Shown: positions 61,389 to 64,000 of the stretch, in pieces
Layout: each line of letters begins with the position of its first letter
How positions within the stretch are numbered: the first letter of the stretch is position 1
Assembly: GCF_963921235.1 (NCBI RefSeq)
Contig: NC_086108.1
Location: 79,672,001 to 79,736,000, forward strand
DNA length: 64,000 nucleotides
Direction: 5' to 3'
From: Mobula hypostoma
Taxonomy: Eukaryota
Notes under the pieces: model-generated
Database searches by the model: none
The model's input: the letters and a program-made list of their open reading frames with translations, nothing else
Told to the model about the DNA's origin: nothing
Program-made: the position numbers and the translations under genes

Positions 61389-64000
61389 TAGAAACCATAG
61401 AAATCATAGAAAACTACAGCACAGAAACAGGCCTTTTAGCCCTTCTTGGCTGTGCTGAACCATTTTCTGCCTAGTCCCACTGACCTGCACATGGAACATA
61501 TCCCTCCATACACCTCCCATCCATGTCTGTCCAATTTATTCTTAAATGTTAAAAAAGAACCCGCATTTACCACCTCATCTGGCAGCTCATTCCATACTTC
61601 CACTACTCTCTGTGTGAAGAAGCCCCCCCCCAATGTTCCCTTTAAACTTTTCCCCCCTCACCCTTAACCCATGTCCTCTGGTTTCTTTCTCCCCCTGCCT
61701 CAGTGGAAAAAGCCTGCTTGCATTCACTCTACCTATACCCATCATAATTTTATATACCTCTATCAAATCTCCCCTCATTCTTCTACGTTCCAGGGAATAA
61801 AGTCCTAACCTATTCAACCTTTCTCTGTAACTGAGTTTCTCAAGTCCCGGCAACATCCTTGTAAACCTTCTCTGCACTCTTTCAACCTTATTTATATCCT
61901 TCCTGTAATTTGGTGACCAAAACTGAACACAATACTCCAGATTCGGCCTCACCAATGCCTTATACAACCTCATCATAACATTCCAGCTCTTATACTCAAT
62001 ACTTTGATTAATAAAGGCCAATGTACCAAAAGCTCTCTTTACGACCCTATCTACCTGTGACGCCACTTTTAGGGAATTTTGTATCTGTATTCCCAGATCC
62101 CTCTGTTCCACTGCACTCCTCAGTGCCTTACCATTAACCCTGTATGTTCTACGTTGGTTTGTCCTTCCAACGTGCAATACCTCACACTTGTCAGTATTAA
62201 TCTCCATCTGCCATTTTTTAGCCCATTTTTCCAGCTGGTCCAAGTCCCTCTGCAGGCTCTGAAAACCTTCCTCACTGTCTACTACACCTCCAATCTTTGT
62301 ATCATCAGCAAATTTGCTGATCCAATTTACCACATTATCATCCAGATCATTGATATAGATGACAAATAACAATGGACCCAGCACTGATCCCTGTGGCACA
62401 CCACTAGTCACAGGCCTCCACACAGAGAAGCAATTCTCTACTACCACTCTTTGGCTTCTTCCATTGAGCCAACGTCTAATCCAATTTACCACCTCTTCAT
62501 GTATACCTAGCGACTGAATTTTCCTAACTAACCTCCCATGCGGGACCTTGTCAAAGGCCTTACTGAAGTCCATGTAGACAATATCCACTGCCTTCCCTTC
62601 ATCCACTTTCCTGGTAACCTCCTCGAAAAACTCCAACAGACTGATCAAACATGACCTACCACGCACAAAGCCATGTTGACTCTCCCTAATAAGTCCCTGT
62701 CTATCCAAATGGTTGTAGATTCTGTCTCTTAGTACTCCCTCCAATAACTTACCTACTATCGACGTTAAATTTACTGGCCTATAATTTCCCGGATTACTTT
62801 TCCATCCTTTTTTTAAACAACAGAACAACATGAGCCACTCTCCAATCCTCTGGCACCTCACCCGTAGACAGCGACATTTTAAATATTTCTGCCAGGGCCC
62901 CCCGCAATTTCAACACTAGTCTCCTTCAAGGTCCGAGGGAACACCCTGTCAGGTCCCGGGAATTTATCCACTTTAATTTTCCTCAAGACAGCAAGCACCT
63001 CCTCCCTTTCAATCTGTACAGTTTCCATGATCTCACTACTTGATTCCCTCAATTCCATAGACTTCATGCCAGTTTCCTTAGTAAATACAGACGCAAAAAA
63101 CCTATTTAAGATCTCCCCCATTTCCTTTGGTTCCGCACATAGCCGACCACTCTGATCTTCAAGAGGACCAATTTTATCCCTTACAATCCTTTTGCTCTTA
63201 ATATACCTGTAAAAGCTCTTTGGATTATCCTTCACTTTGACTGCCAAGGCAACCTCATGTCTTCTTTTAGCCCTCCTGATTACTTTCTTTAGTATTTTCT
63301 TGCACTTCTTATACTCCTCAAGCACCTGATTTACTCCCTGTTTCCTATACATTTCATACAACTCCCTCTTCTTCTTTATCAGAGTTGCAATATCCCTTGA
63401 GAACCAAGGTTCCTTATTCCTATTCACTTTGCCTTTAATCCTGACAGAAACATACAAACTCTGCACTCTCAAAATTTCTCCTTTGAAGGCTTCCCACCTA
63501 CTGATCGCATCTTTGCCAGAGAACAACCTGTCCCAATCCACGCTTTTTAGATCCTTTCTCATCTCTTCAAATTTGGCCTTTTTCCAGTTCAGGACCTCAA
63601 CCCTAGGACTAGATCTATCCTTGTCCATGATCAAATTGAAACTAATGGTGTTATGATCACTGGAACCAAAGTGCTCCCCTACACAGACTTCCGTCACTTG
63701 TCCTAACTTGTTTCCTAACAGGAGATCCAATATTGCATCCCCTCTAGTTGGTCCCTCTATATATTTATTTAGAAAACTTTCCTGAACACATTTTACAAAC
63801 TCTAAACCATCTAGACCCCTAACAGTATGGGAGTCCCAATCAATGTATGGAAAATTAAAATCCTCTACCACCACAACTTTATGTTTCCTGCAGTTGCCTG
63901 CTATGTCTCTGCAGATTTGCTCTTCGAAGTCTCGTTGATTATTGGGTGGTCTGTAATACAATCCCACTAATGTGGCCATACCTTTCCTGTTTCTCAGCTC
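61389..64000 (-). mobile_element. Long, fairly young CR1 LINE (ORF2 endonuclease + RT, frameshifted), running off the window
   Basis: ORF 62879..63979 (GLYYRPP...DFNFP...PTRGDAILDL...SDHN) and ORF 61587..62861 (NYRP...YMDFSKAFDKVPH...KFADDTK); (tttctatgg)n-like tail at 61389-61410. Confidence 0.95.

Noticed and set aside
1..64000. CRISPR arrays, operons or other prokaryotic systems
   Set aside because: The window is a spliced eukaryotic gene with vertebrate transposable elements; no regularly spaced repeat-spacer array was seen.

Overview
Eukaryotic, repeat-rich vertebrate DNA. The repeat families and the protein sequence suggest a cartilaginous fish, probably a ray, but that is inference. 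The only host gene is UROD (uroporphyrinogen decarboxylase) on the minus strand. I read coding exons 2-10 directly between 56330 and 6986; all have GT-AG junctions and an open reading frame across splices. Exon 1 was not found and probably lies beyond 64000. Most of the remaining sequence is transposable elements: many CR1-clade LINEs (one young family in three close copies), Penelope-like elements with a GIY-YIG domain and minimal hammerhead ribozyme motifs, Rex/Babar-type LINE fragments, a probable Hero-like 3' end, tRNA-headed SINEs, an internally deleted Tigger/pogo element, two Tc1 fragments, a hAT-derived non-autonomous element and a solo LTR. Many insertions are nested, with readable target-site duplications (TSDs). 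I found no clearly new biological system. The best leads are an intact hammerhead core in the sense orientation of the UROD pre-mRNA, near-identical inverted TE copies bracketing exons 7 and 8, and a CpG-rich solo LTR upstream of exon 2. Exon and TSD coordinates were counted by hand; boundaries of old repeats are approximate.
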